Shown piece by piece: positions 9,274 to 19,480 of a DNA stretch of 64,000 bases. The stretch spans positions 1 to 64,000 of the IMG/VR virus record IMGVR_UViG_3300030503_000566; one strand, 5' to 3'. Source of the DNA: a virus. The first letter of the stretch is position 1. Every line of letters starts with the position of its first letter. The translations under genes were made by a program, and so were the position numbers. A model generated the notes under the pieces. That model saw nothing but the letters and a program-made list of their open reading frames with translations, was not told the DNA's origin and did not search any database.

Positions 9274-9749
9274 TAGTTATCGCTTTTAGCATAAGGAATA
9301 CTGTCTTCTTCCACTATCTGCATAAATTCTGCATTCTTTAGATCGATATCCAACATTTCCTCTCCTCTGATCAAACCCATAGTATTAACAGCATAGACTA
9401 CAGGTTTAAACTTAAAGTAATTCTCCTCACACCACCTGAGAAAAGTAAATTTAGGCTTATTATCTTTAATATCAATTTGTAACTCTGTGGGATGAGCATA
9501 ACTACCTGTAAATCCTTGTAATTTTAATTCACGAAATTCAGAGAACATCTCCTTTGCTCTAGCTTTAGAAAAGCTATCTTTCTTGCTACAAGCAATTACA
9601 TAAACATGTAATATATTTGGATAAAAAGCATCTTTGTCATCAATTTTGTACAGCCCAGCTTTCATACCGGGTATTGCAAATATTGCTAACCTACGTCCCT
9701 TCTCATCAAAGAATCTGTAAGTTACGTAATACGGCACATTATTCTCCAT
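9273..9749 (-). CDS. hypothetical protein
   Basis: Coupled ORF; CSKKDSFSK motif. Confidence 0.7.
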   Translation of the reverse strand: MENNVPYYVTYRFFDEKGRRLAIFAIPGMKAGLYKIDDKDAFYPNILHVYVIACSKKDSFSKARAKEMFSEFRELKLQGFTGSYAHPTELQIDIKDNKPKFTFLRWCEENYFKFKPVVYAVNTMGLIRGEEMLDIDLKNAEFMQIVEEDSIPYAKSDN

Positions 9750-9939
9750 TGTCTGTGGTTTGTCTTTGTTTCTTAATATCTTTTAATAAACTATAAATAC
9801 TGTCTGAAATTCTTTGGGTATCTCTGAATTTATTGAAAATCAGTGTTCTACCTCTCATTTCATCTAGCCCTTTCATTGCATGATACAAGAGGTCTTCTGA
9901 TCTCTCTTCTATTGTCTGTGGTTTATTTATATCTTCCAT
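9739..9939 (-). CDS. hypothetical protein
   Basis: Coupled ORF. Confidence 0.6.
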   Translation of the reverse strand: MEDINKPQTIEERSEDLLYHAMKGLDEMRGRTLIFNKFRDTQRISDSIYSLLKDIKKQRQTTDNGE

Positions 9940-10611
9940 TTATCCTCTTAAATAAGTGTATAAATTCCTGATCTTCCATTTAATCATTCTCTTCTTTCCA
10001 GAAGGAGTAGTTAGATACTCTGTGGGTGTGAATGTTTTAGCAAACAGTTCTGGGCATTTGATCAAGTTAACATAGATCCTGTGCTTCTGCCACATCCATT
10101 TTTGATTAACCTTAAATAATCTCTCCATATTATTTTGGTCAAACATTGGTTTGATCTCTATGTATGTCTGATAGACAGGCCCGTGGGTCTGATCAAATTT
10201 CACTCCTAAAAATGGCTTAGTAGCTCTTTCGGATAGAGTATGGTCATTCACAAAAGCTTCAAAACCTTTTTCAGTCCAATAAATCCTAAATTCTGGAGTA
10301 TAGCTGTGACCATGCAAGATCATTTGCTGCATAGGCTTACTTTTAGTCTTCAGTTGCTCCGCATAACCAATTGTCATAGCGTCACAAAGAAGAAAACTTT
10401 GTGCCCTCTCAATGTGTTTGATAAAACCTGCAACCTTTAATTCCTTTGCCCATTGCAAGAATGCTAGCTCTTCTAAACTATCAAAATCTATGCCTTCGAA
10501 CACCCCTGTAGTTGCCTTCTTAGGTTCTCTTTTCGGCTTGTTGTTAAACTGAGCTTTAGCCGCTGTATCCGAGCGTTGTTTTGCTCTCCTAGAACCACTT
10601 CTTAATTTCAT
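9940..10611 (-). CDS. PD-(D/E)XK endonuclease (DUF1064-like)
   Basis: FDSLEE, YTPEF, YIEIKP, FKVNQKW. Confidence 0.7.
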   Translation of the reverse strand: MKLRSGSRRAKQRSDTAAKAQFNNKPKREPKKATTGVFEGIDFDSLEELAFLQWAKELKVAGFIKHIERAQSFLLCDAMTIGYAEQLKTKSKPMQQMILHGHSYTPEFRIYWTEKGFEAFVNDHTLSERATKPFLGVKFDQTHGPVYQTYIEIKPMFDQNNMERLFKVNQKWMWQKHRIYVNLIKCPELFAKTFTPTEYLTTPSGKKRMIKWKIRNLYTYLRG

Positions 10612-10632
10612 TTTTAGTTTTTAGTAAACAAA

Positions 10633-10672
10633 AAGGTAGGCCCCAAAGATAGCTACTTCTCTGGAACCTACC
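10633..10672 (-). terminator. intrinsic terminator after rIIB
   Basis: GGTAGG...CCTACC followed by TTTTTT on the minus strand. Confidence 0.7.
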
Positions 10673-10688
10673 AAATTTAACTTAAAAA

Positions 10689-12077
10689 CTATGAAACTTT
10701 TACCACTCTATTTTTGATCTCTTCCGTATAGTTATCTAGGGTCTTAACTACCTGATCTACAATGGGTTTTCCACCATACAACTTAATAAGTTTCTCTTCC
10801 TTTGTATTTGCACTACTGGCCAGAGTATGAAGATTCTTTATCTGATCAGAAGCATATTCATCCTCTAATGCCAAAGTATCTACATCTTCTAGCCATTCTT
10901 CCCATGGCCCCTCAATAACCCCTAAGGGCATATATTCGCATACTCTCATTTTATTCGCACTATGATTAGGAACTGCAACTACATTCATTGGGTTTACAGC
11001 AACTACGATAGCCACATTCCCACTACCATCTCCATATCTTTTGTTTTTGATATGGAGACCTGCTGAGCAATCGCTGTAGGGATTATGATCACACTTATCT
11101 CTATCCATAGTAACAGGAGTTCCTATTTTGATCTTCATAGTTCTAGTATAATCATCGGTATACTCATTATCCTCCAAATCACTAAGTTGATTATAAAGAT
11201 CAGCTAGAGTTCCTAGTACATTAGCAGATTTTATGAGTTCAGGAATGTGCTCATTTTTTAGAATGTTCAAAACTCCCTTATCATCTTGCCAAACAGAGAA
11301 GTTTTTAGGGCTTTTTTTCTGTTTTGTCTTGATATTCAAGTACTTATCAGTGATGAATGCAGTAATCTGTGCCGATTTATTGTTACCTTTACCCTCTACC
11401 TTTACTACATTACGAAAGCCGAGGAAAAATCCATTTTTTGTGATCTTAAAGTCTCCCCTCTCTAAAAATCCAAACAAATCTTCTCTAGCTACACTATCTG
11501 GATTAAGTACACACCAACACCAGAAATTCTTCAAACTATCATAATAAGTGGGGTCATCTCCCTTACCCGATTTAATGATCTCCTTAGCCAGAAGTTTAGG
11601 AATGGAAACATCTATCCCATTCATATATAAAGCTCCCGCAACTTCTGTGAAATCACCAGTGGCTACTATTTCGGGTATTAAACTCTGTATCTCATCATCG
11701 TATAGTTTTTCCTCCAAGTTTTTCTCATCTTCTTCTTGAAGATCATCAGCTAACATTATTACCTTGATATCTCCTTCAGTTTTTGCCTCTCTTACAGCTA
11801 GAAACATAGCCTTATTAGCATTTGTATTAGTGATAATATCACCACTAGTAAGGAAGACTGTTAATGTCTTATTAGAGAATACCGCTTTAAACTTCACTCC
11901 CGGCTCTTTAAGTGCCTGATCATCTTCAATTCTTTCATCCCACAAGTCTCTTTCCCCGGCCCCCTCATCATAGTCTCTATGTTGCACACCGAGAGTAGCT
12001 AAACTGGATGTTTCTTCTATTGGATCAGGTGTCTCCGCCTGTACTTGTTTCTTCTTTAACCAACTAAAAAGTCTCAT
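10689..12077 (-). CDS. rIIB-like protein
   Basis: NFW...NP...LFGFL...ITKNGFFLGFR, M..DKCD....CSAGLH, VNPMNVVAVP...KMRVCEY. Confidence 0.85.
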   Translation of the reverse strand: MRLFSWLKKKQVQAETPDPIEETSSLATLGVQHRDYDEGAGERDLWDERIEDDQALKEPGVKFKAVFSNKTLTVFLTSGDIITNTNANKAMFLAVREAKTEGDIKVIMLADDLQEEDEKNLEEKLYDDEIQSLIPEIVATGDFTEVAGALYMNGIDVSIPKLLAKEIIKSGKGDDPTYYDSLKNFWCWCVLNPDSVAREDLFGFLERGDFKITKNGFFLGFRNVVKVEGKGNNKSAQITAFITDKYLNIKTKQKKSPKNFSVWQDDKGVLNILKNEHIPELIKSANVLGTLADLYNQLSDLEDNEYTDDYTRTMKIKIGTPVTMDRDKCDHNPYSDCSAGLHIKNKRYGDGSGNVAIVVAVNPMNVVAVPNHSANKMRVCEYMPLGVIEGPWEEWLEDVDTLALEDEYASDQIKNLHTLASSANTKEEKLIKLYGGKPIVDQVVKTLDNYTEEIKNRVVKVS

Positions 12078-12098
12078 ATATACTTGATTTTAAACATT

Positions 12099-14513
12099 TT
12101 AAAAAGGTAAATCATATTCCTCTACAGGTACTAATGATGTTACTGAACCTATCTGTGCTATCTCATCTCCCTCTACATCAGGATTTTCCTCCTCCTCTTC
12201 CTCATCATCTGGATCTTCATCTGGATCTTCATCTTCATCTTCTACCTTCATAGGCACTACTGGTGGGTTTAGTTGAAGGTAATTCTCCCAATCCATCCTG
12301 AATTTCCTATGCCTTAGAATTTCTCTTGCTACCTCTAAGGACTGCTGTAAAATATGAGGGCTATAATTCAAAACTGTGATGAAATCCAACTTCTCTAATT
12401 TATCAGGCATTTCATTATAAATTAGCATTACTTCCTCATCAAATAGGTTATATTTTTCTGCCACCTCTCTAATCCCTTTAATAACATCATTACTTATATA
12501 TCCATCAGGATAGTTATCTCTCTTGTATTTAGATAAAAAATTCATCTTCTGTGCTAAGCCCGAAGAAAGATTAGAGATAAAATCTACAGAATTGAAGATA
12601 TCTCTGTACTTAGACTCCAGTTCAGAAATTAGAATAGCTGTAGCAAATGCTTTAAATGGCTTTGTTTTTCCTTTCATAAATTCTTCCATTGAAATAAAAT
12701 TAGAGAGATCTTTTACCTTTTTGAGATCATATCTATTAAGGATTACCAAAGTAACTCTTGGTTTTTTGTAGTTACTTCTCTTAATGAGGAGAAATAGCCT
12801 ATCCATCTCAGTTTTTTTCTCATGTGTCGTGTAAACTATAAGAGATTTAAGCTTTTTACCTATATCCTTGATAGCTATTACTCTAGGATCAAACGTTAAG
12901 TTATTATCACCTCTTTCGGCTTTTCTAGCTATCTTCAATGTTATTTCCTCATTACTGACTGTAGTTCTCTTACCTTTTGCTCTGTTTGCCTTTCTTTCAT
13001 CTAACCAATCCTGAGTTGGTTGAAGATCTTCCAGTTTAGGAAATGGATCAAGGATACTATTTAAGATGGTCTGAAATTCCTTGATTACCTCCCTCCATTG
13101 ACTTTTTGGATATTGTTTTAACCTTAGAAGATTCCTGTAGTTTGTTAGGTAATTATCATCCCAGCTATTATAATGATCTGTTTTTCCAAGAAATAGATCT
13201 CTCTTTTTATATAGGAATACAGCATTAGGGAATTTATCCTTTAGATATTCTAGCTGTAATCCTTTTGGTGTATGTTCAGATATAATAAGTTCTGTGTGCT
13301 GCCTTTGATATCTTAATAGATTAAAGTCAGTTTCCTCAAACTTACTACTAAAAACGCGATTCCAGATTCTACCTCTTATCTCATAGTTTTTAAATAAATC
13401 CCCTGTGTTCTCTGATAACTGCTTGAGATTCAGAAGTTTAATTCCTTTTACTGTTGGTAGAGCAAAAGGAATAGCGGTATGTTTTTCCAACTGGGAAACA
13501 TCAAAATCATAACCCTCTATAGTTACAGTTTTACTATTGAATTTGTTGTACACTTCAGAAAATGTGTCTGCCTCTACTCTCCCCTCATTAAATTTTGTTA
13601 CTAAATAATCAGCTACAGTATTTATTTTATTAATAATGAGAGTTTTAGCCTCGTCAGTATATTTGATATCTTCTCTTGAAGGAATCGGAAGTAAACCATC
13701 AGAGATACTAAAATTTAAACCTATTGATAGGTTTATTTGATGGATTCCAAGTCTCTGCCAATCAATCTCATAATATACATTTTCAAGGCAAATATGCATT
13801 GGTTTTCCTTTGGCAAGTTCGCTAAACTTCCAATCTTCAGATTTGAATACTTTAAAACTGTTATTAATACCAGTTACCTCAAAGTAAACCCCTTCAAAAT
13901 AAGCTAATTGTTCTTTGATCTTGCTTTCAAATACATAAACATCTGTTCTTTTTGTAAGCTGAATGCTAACAATGGTACCATTTCTCTCAGTAGTCTCCTG
14001 CTGATCAATCAAATCTATTTTCGTTCCTTCCTCACCCTTATACATCATATACTTATACTCCATACCTTCATATCTGGTAATGAATATAAAGCTATCAGTA
14101 TAGGCCAAGGGGGCTTTAAATCCTAACCCAAAATAACCTAAATAATCGTTACTTTGCCTTTTAGTTGAGGCTGCATATTTACTAAGGATATTTGTAACTC
14201 TATCAGGAGAAATACCAGTTCCAAAGTCCTGAACACTATAAATATAGTTATAATTCCCATCCATTTTTAACGCCACGATGATAGGTTCCTCTATTCCAGC
14301 TTCTTTATGTGCATCTAGGGCGTTTGATGCTGATTCCCTAATTAAGGAGCCTATAGGGTCTTTATATAAGTTTTCGCTCAAGATCATCATCAAAGCTGCC
14401 TGATCACTAGTATCTATAGACATCGAAATACTCTCCTCTACCCCCAGTGTCTCACTCTCAGCTTGATGTACATTAGGATTTAATATCATTCCGTTCTTTT
14501 TTTTCGTTTTCAA
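12099..14513 (-). CDS. rIIA-like protein (N-terminal GHKL/Hsp90-type ATPase)
   Basis: LYKDPIGSLIRESASNALDAH, DFGTG, STK, FGLGFK; directly upstream of rIIB; acidic tail. Confidence 0.88.
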   Translation of the reverse strand: MKTKKKNGMILNPNVHQAESETLGVEESISMSIDTSDQAALMMILSENLYKDPIGSLIRESASNALDAHKEAGIEEPIIVALKMDGNYNYIYSVQDFGTGISPDRVTNILSKYAASTKRQSNDYLGYFGLGFKAPLAYTDSFIFITRYEGMEYKYMMYKGEEGTKIDLIDQQETTERNGTIVSIQLTKRTDVYVFESKIKEQLAYFEGVYFEVTGINNSFKVFKSEDWKFSELAKGKPMHICLENVYYEIDWQRLGIHQINLSIGLNFSISDGLLPIPSREDIKYTDEAKTLIINKINTVADYLVTKFNEGRVEADTFSEVYNKFNSKTVTIEGYDFDVSQLEKHTAIPFALPTVKGIKLLNLKQLSENTGDLFKNYEIRGRIWNRVFSSKFEETDFNLLRYQRQHTELIISEHTPKGLQLEYLKDKFPNAVFLYKKRDLFLGKTDHYNSWDDNYLTNYRNLLRLKQYPKSQWREVIKEFQTILNSILDPFPKLEDLQPTQDWLDERKANRAKGKRTTVSNEEITLKIARKAERGDNNLTFDPRVIAIKDIGKKLKSLIVYTTHEKKTEMDRLFLLIKRSNYKKPRVTLVILNRYDLKKVKDLSNFISMEEFMKGKTKPFKAFATAILISELESKYRDIFNSVDFISNLSSGLAQKMNFLSKYKRDNYPDGYISNDVIKGIREVAEKYNLFDEEVMLIYNEMPDKLEKLDFITVLNYSPHILQQSLEVAREILRHRKFRMDWENYLQLNPPVVPMKVEDEDEDPDEDPDDEEEEEENPDVEGDEIAQIGSVTSLVPVEEYDLPF

Positions 14514-14730
14514 TACCCTCCTCTAGGGTCATTTGTCTCCATTTGGAGGTTTTTTCCCAATCCTCGCTAGAAAATATATGCGATATCTTTTTTCTAAGAT
14601 CTAGATAAGTCATCATCTGATTATATCTATGTATACCGGGTACAGGATTAGGAACATACTTTGCTATTATTCCATCTACCACAGATATATATTTTCTTAT
14701 TAGATCTGCTTCTTCAGATTTTAATTTCAT
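14473..14730 (-). CDS. hypothetical protein
   Basis: Coupled ORF. Confidence 0.6.
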   Translation of the reverse strand: MKLKSEEADLIRKYISVVDGIIAKYVPNPVPGIHRYNQMMTYLDLRKKISHIFSSEDWEKTSKWRQMTLEEGIENEKKERNDIKS

Positions 14731-15107
14731 CTTTCTCCTAATAATTCTAGTATTACTTTTGTATCCTCATAACTCCTCATTCTGCTTGGAATTAGATTAG
14801 GTAACTCAATAATAGGCATCCCGAACTGTCTAGCCACATCTATCTCATACGCTACTCCACTACCTATAGTGCCATCCATATAAGCTCTAAATGCAAGTAG
14901 CTCACAATCTTTTATAAACGGAACAAAAACACTCATTATATTACTCCCACTAGAGCGAATTCCTCTTTTCCAATCTTCCACAGCGGCCTGTACTTTTTTG
15001 GAATTTGGATTAAGTACCTTAAAACCAAGCTTCTCTAAAAGCTCAACATCCCTGAACTCTTGTGCTGCACCATACAGATGCATGCTATGTGCATAATATA
15101 CTTTCAT
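14727..15107 (-). CDS. nucleoside 2-deoxyribosyltransferase-like protein
   Basis: KVYYAH...VLNP...DCELL...GSGVAYEI..A..GMPI. Confidence 0.65.
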   Translation of the reverse strand: MKVYYAHSMHLYGAAQEFRDVELLEKLGFKVLNPNSKKVQAAVEDWKRGIRSSGSNIMSVFVPFIKDCELLAFRAYMDGTIGSGVAYEIDVARQFGMPIIELPNLIPSRMRSYEDTKVILELLGER

Positions 15108-15108
15108 A

Positions 15109-15846
15109 TTAAAAGGGTGGTTTTTGGTAGATCCAATCTACTTTTTCCTTATTATTCTCCATTAAAAACTTATTAATAGTAGAAAATATGTATTTATGAT
15201 CCCATGGTCTCATCTGTCTAGCAGCAAAAGCGGGATGCTCTAGCTCAAATATATAGTGTTGCATGGGGTTAATCCATTTAGCAAACTCCTGAGAATCCTT
15301 GCCACAAAGGACAAAGATTAGACCATTATTATACTGAGCAAAAACATCCTCATACAAATATCTCATAAAGGGATGCCAAATAGCCTTATGAGAACCTGTC
15401 TTATCCTTCTCTACAGTAAGAGCAGTATTAGTTAGCATAATTCCCTGATTACAGAGATACTTTAGGTCAGGAAATCTCTCCATCTCTAAGTCTAGGCCTT
15501 TATATAAATCATCCTCAATAGCATTATAAAATAGTTCTAAGGAGGGTTGGAGGATGCCTGTGTTGGCACAAGACATGGCTATACCATCTGCTACAGGAAT
15601 TTGCTCTCCTCCTATTACTTTAACTGAAGGGTAAGGATCAAGAAGGACAAACACTGCTTTGAGGTCTTTGTAAGGAGTCTCAAGGAAGGCTCTATATATA
15701 TTTTGAGAGAGGGGGAAGATCTTTTTCCCCCTTTTACTCTCATCTTTAAGTTTTGCATACATTTTATCACACTCTTCACTCTCGATAAAGGGTTTTAGTT
15801 TAGGTCCCCAATCTGAAAGTAGTGGAGCGAATTTATCATAGTTCAT
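15109..15846 (-). CDS. ung: uracil-DNA glycosylase (family 1-like)
   Basis: LLDPYP, ADGIAMS, QGIMLTNTALTV, GSH...W, EHPA. Confidence 0.88.
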   Translation of the reverse strand: MNYDKFAPLLSDWGPKLKPFIESEECDKMYAKLKDESKRGKKIFPLSQNIYRAFLETPYKDLKAVFVLLDPYPSVKVIGGEQIPVADGIAMSCANTGILQPSLELFYNAIEDDLYKGLDLEMERFPDLKYLCNQGIMLTNTALTVEKDKTGSHKAIWHPFMRYLYEDVFAQYNNGLIFVLCGKDSQEFAKWINPMQHYIFELEHPAFAARQMRPWDHKYIFSTINKFLMENNKEKVDWIYQKPPF

Positions 15847-16631
15847 TAGTTTTCATTTAAGATTAATTCTGCATCTGCAAGTTCTTCTTCCTCAACTGTT
15901 TGGGGGAGGGTGTAAAGACCACTTTTGTTTACAAAGAAGTTGTTAACTTCAATATGCCTATCCATCCAATTATGAGGATGGTCCTCTTTGAGGGCTAAAG
16001 TACAGTGATTATAAAGCTCCCACATACTATTTTTAGCACCATAATCAAAAGAGGGGTGTTGGATTTCTCTTTTGATTATACCTAATTGGGTAGCTGTAAT
16101 AGCCTCTTCCTCAATATATAACCTACCTATCAGTTCTGCTGTCACTGTTTTGGTAAGTTCAATTTCTTTCATTATCTCCTTACTTTCACTAAGCTCTCTA
16201 AAGGTATTTGCAGCATTCTTAGTGAATCCAGCTATGGAAGAAACAGCAATCTCCTCTACCCCTCCCATATGTTTTCTCTTAAAATAACTCATGTCACTGG
16301 AGATCATACCATTACCGCACACAAATACATGAGAACCAATACCCCATTTAAGGGTAGTGCTTTTATCATAGCTATTATTCCAAGCTATCATTAACCCCAT
16401 ATCCTTATCATCACCATACTTAATAAAGTATTTTCCAATTGCTTGTTGACCACCCCTTGCAGCCAAAAAGCTCTCTCCAATCACCTCAAAATTATTAGAG
16501 GCCAGAGCTTCCTCTGTAAGGGCCATAACTGTACTATGAGGTACAACTACATATTTCTCCTCTCCTGTTTGCACAGGGAGAGCTACATCTTGTAGGAATA
16601 ATTTAGTACTACTCCTCTTTATTCTATTCAT
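15846..16631 (-). CDS. DUF932-like protein
   Basis: NNSYDKS, FVCGNGM, KH, SMWELYNHCT. Confidence 0.7.
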   Translation of the reverse strand: MNRIKRSSTKLFLQDVALPVQTGEEKYVVVPHSTVMALTEEALASNNFEVIGESFLAARGGQQAIGKYFIKYGDDKDMGLMIAWNNSYDKSTTLKWGIGSHVFVCGNGMISSDMSYFKRKHMGGVEEIAVSSIAGFTKNAANTFRELSESKEIMKEIELTKTVTAELIGRLYIEEEAITATQLGIIKREIQHPSFDYGAKNSMWELYNHCTLALKEDHPHNWMDRHIEVNNFFVNKSGLYTLPQTVEEEELADAELILNEN

Positions 16632-17629
16632 GATACTATATTTTTTGATTGTAAATATTTATAAACTACATCTGGTCCATAAACTTTGATTAGATCCCCA
16701 AAATCCTTGATTCCCTCAGCTAGGTAATTATCTGGTACATTTAGGTGTTTGAACCCATATTTACCAGTTAGCTCCAAGCTTTTCTTTTTACCCGGAGGAT
16801 CACTATCATAAGTTATATATACTTCGTTGCAGTTTTCTTGCAAAAATAAGGCCGATTGCTCGTTTAGTGCAACAACACTCTCATTTTGTACACTACATAC
16901 TGTAGGTAGGAATTTGGAGAGTATTATTCTATCCTTTCGGGCCTTAGCTACTAATCCCTTATTAGCCCCTTTTAAAGCTTCCAAATTCTCTACCCCATCT
17001 ATAGGGATATTAGTCTTCCATTTGCGATCTTTACAGGCATAGGGCCTATATATCTTCCACAGGCTTCCTAATCTATAGCCAAATGTCAATTCCCCTAGCC
17101 TCATTGGCTGTACTTGCCAATCTATCAAGAACTTACGTACTGCAAATATTTCATTATCTTTTAATTCCTTGGGAGTAATATAGAATTGCTCCCAATACCT
17201 TAGTTCCTCAAGCGTAAATCTACTTGTATATTTGACTTGAAAGAACTTAGGCTTAGTTTCTATAAGGGGTACTTGAGTAAAAACGGGTCTTTCTCTCTCT
17301 GTAGAGGGAATAGAGGTAATTCCTAAGTTGAAATCCCTCTCAATCCTTCTAAGAGCACTGTTATAATTGGGTAACATCTCCTTTTGCATAACAAATTGGA
17401 AACAATTACCTTTGAACTTATCATCTGCAAAATCAATATGATATAAAAAGCCCCCTCTACAACCTATAAGAAAACTAGGATGGTTATCCCTTCTTCCGGG
17501 CATAGGCGAGTTAAAAGCTTCTCCCAGCTTAAAATCCTCTCCAAGATAATACCTATAAATATCACTCTCACTAATCCTGTTTAGGATTTCTTTTGCTGTT
17601 AAATTTGTTATTACTTTACCAGTAACCAT
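16628..17629 (-). CDS. DNA primase (crAss-like, Toprim)
   Basis: SP...RDNHPSF, DF...GNCFQFV, KIYRP, YDSDPPG, KDFGD. Confidence 0.85.
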   Translation of the reverse strand: MVTGKVITNLTAKEILNRISESDIYRYYLGEDFKLGEAFNSPMPGRRDNHPSFLIGCRGGFLYHIDFADDKFKGNCFQFVMQKEMLPNYNSALRRIERDFNLGITSIPSTERERPVFTQVPLIETKPKFFQVKYTSRFTLEELRYWEQFYITPKELKDNEIFAVRKFLIDWQVQPMRLGELTFGYRLGSLWKIYRPYACKDRKWKTNIPIDGVENLEALKGANKGLVAKARKDRIILSKFLPTVCSVQNESVVALNEQSALFLQENCNEVYITYDSDPPGKKKSLELTGKYGFKHLNVPDNYLAEGIKDFGDLIKVYGPDVVYKYLQSKNIVS

Positions 17630-17660
17630 TATGCAAATCTACATATTTTAATTGTAAAAT

Positions 17661-17690
17661 AAAAAAGCCCACCCTAGAAAGGGTAGGCTT
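17661..17690 (-). terminator. intrinsic terminator
   Basis: AAGCCtACCCT-TTCT-AGGGTgGGCTT then T run. Confidence 0.75.
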
Positions 17691-17724
17691 GTTATACCTC
17701 TAGTAAGAGATACCATCACAAATT

Positions 17725-18546
17725 TTAAAGGTCGGGGCCATCTTCACTAATTGAGGTCTCCTCACCCGCTGCAATATTTTCTGCTGGATTATAGCTGTGT
17801 AAGGTTTTCAAAGAATCTCCATAGAAATCTTTGCATCCATACTCAGGATCTTCCACACTTGCAACAAACTTCTCCACAAACTTGGGTAGTTTAGCTCCAT
17901 TCAACCTAAAGAATTTCATATAGAAACCGGGTAAGAAGTTTCTATTATACACCTGCTGATATTCCTTTTCTCCATCCTTAGAGGTAGCAATGGTAGCAAG
18001 GGCTACAATACTTTGTGCGTACACACTTCCAATCATGTCACTGATTTCTTTTACATTACCCCTCATCAGCTTTTTCCACTCAAATTCCAGTTTTGCATCT
18101 GGGTCTCTCGTCTCAACTTTAAGCCAAGATCTAAGGAACCTATAAAGCTCCTCTTCTCCCACATGGGCAAATCTAAATGTCCTTCCGCCCTCATTGAACC
18201 AAGTGGGTAAATTCTCCTCACTATCTGCCCAACTAGTGTCACCAATACTATTGATATATTGATGTTTAGTCTCATCCTTATTTACTCTATCGGTGTCTTT
18301 AAGATAGAATTGAACTTTAAACAACCCTCCTTTTACCACCTCTTTTAGCCAAACTGCCAATGACAGAGTCTGTGCCCCATCTTTACTATCTTCTTTTAGA
18401 TACTCAGGGTCTTTCTCTAATTCCACCCCCAGTAATTTCTCTAGCTCTTCTCTTGAAGGATTAACTGCTACTATATTAGCTTCAAATAATCCTATTTGCT
18501 TTTCATACTCTTTAATTTCTCTTACTCTTCCTTGAACTGCACTCAT
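17725..18546 (-). CDS. putative single-stranded DNA-binding protein (crAss-like)
   Basis: IVAVNPSREEL, GEEEL..FL..W, acidic C-tail (EDGPDL), upstream of primase. Confidence 0.55.
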   Translation of the reverse strand: MSAVQGRVREIKEYEKQIGLFEANIVAVNPSREELEKLLGVELEKDPEYLKEDSKDGAQTLSLAVWLKEVVKGGLFKVQFYLKDTDRVNKDETKHQYINSIGDTSWADSEENLPTWFNEGGRTFRFAHVGEEELYRFLRSWLKVETRDPDAKLEFEWKKLMRGNVKEISDMIGSVYAQSIVALATIATSKDGEKEYQQVYNRNFLPGFYMKFFRLNGAKLPKFVEKFVASVEDPEYGCKDFYGDSLKTLHSYNPAENIAAGEETSISEDGPDL

Positions 18547-18573
18547 AGTGTACTTTTTTTATTAAAACTTTAA

Positions 18574-18810
18574 TTATAAACTAGCTAATAATTCGGCCTT
18601 TGTGCCAAAAACTTTATCTGCATCAGGAAATACGAAATCTGAATTAGCATGACCATCCCAGATTTTGTGAGGAAGTTGTATCATATACTTTACTTTTGTG
18701 ATACTCTCTGTTGCCTCACAATTAACCCAATATACTACACCCTCTTCAATCTTTCCATTTACAATTGTTAATACTTTATCTCTGGGATTAAATTTAGTTG
18801 TTATTGTCAT
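18574..18810 (-). CDS. small beta-barrel hypothetical protein
   Basis: TKFNPRDKV...VFGTKAELLASL. Confidence 0.65.
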   Translation of the reverse strand: MTITTKFNPRDKVLTIVNGKIEEGVVYWVNCEATESITKVKYMIQLPHKIWDGHANSDFVFPDADKVFGTKAELLASL

Positions 18811-19165
18811 AGTTTTGTCATTTAATCAACATCCCAATCAGCTACAAATTCTAAGGCTGCCTCTTCAGGAGTTTTATTTTCTCTCATATCTTCCATAACT
18901 GTATCCCAATCAGGATTTTGTGTGATACTTCTTTCTCTTAGGAGTATTACAACTCTGTCATAATACTTCATCTCAGGAGTTATTACATTATTCATTTTAT
19001 TGGGTATTTCTTATTAGCTATTGAGCAACTTCAAATGCACTCATTCCATTTTCTTGCATTTGTGCCACTTCTCCTAGGTCAGGATCTATATTAGAATGAG
19101 CTAACATTAGCTCGGCTTCTACATCCGCATAGAAATCCATAAGACTCTCATCCATAGTATATTAT

Positions 19166-19480
19166 TTAAGGTAAATGAAATCCCTCTACTCCCCTTTGTT
19201 TTCTATCTTGTTCTCTATGATCCAGAGAAAGGATAGCATTTTGTATATGAGCTATTGCTTCAACATTCTCATTACAAGGCATTGCATCATCTAGAATATC
19301 TAACTCTCTTAAACATGCTTTTAACACTTCTCTAATAGTAGTGCCATTTCTAATGGTTACTAAAGCTTTACTTTCACCTCTTGGTTCCCTAATTACAAAG
19401 TCAAGATATCTACCTATATTGAGATTGTTCAGATCATCTTCTGAATATGGTTGTGAAAATAATCCTAATTTATGCCTCAT
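19166..19480 (-). CDS. Tad1-like Thoeris anti-defence sponge
   Basis: NGTTIREVL...L..L...PCNENVEAIAHIQNAILSL..R..DR..RGVEG parallels the C-terminal half of Tad1. Confidence 0.7.
   Translation of the reverse strand: MRHKLGLFSQPYSEDDLNNLNIGRYLDFVIREPRGESKALVTIRNGTTIREVLKACLRELDILDDAMPCNENVEAIAHIQNAILSLDHREQDRKQRGVEGFHLP

Noticed and set aside
12180-12245. Repeats at the rIIA 3' end
   Set aside because: Explained by the acidic low-complexity tail (DEDP/E)
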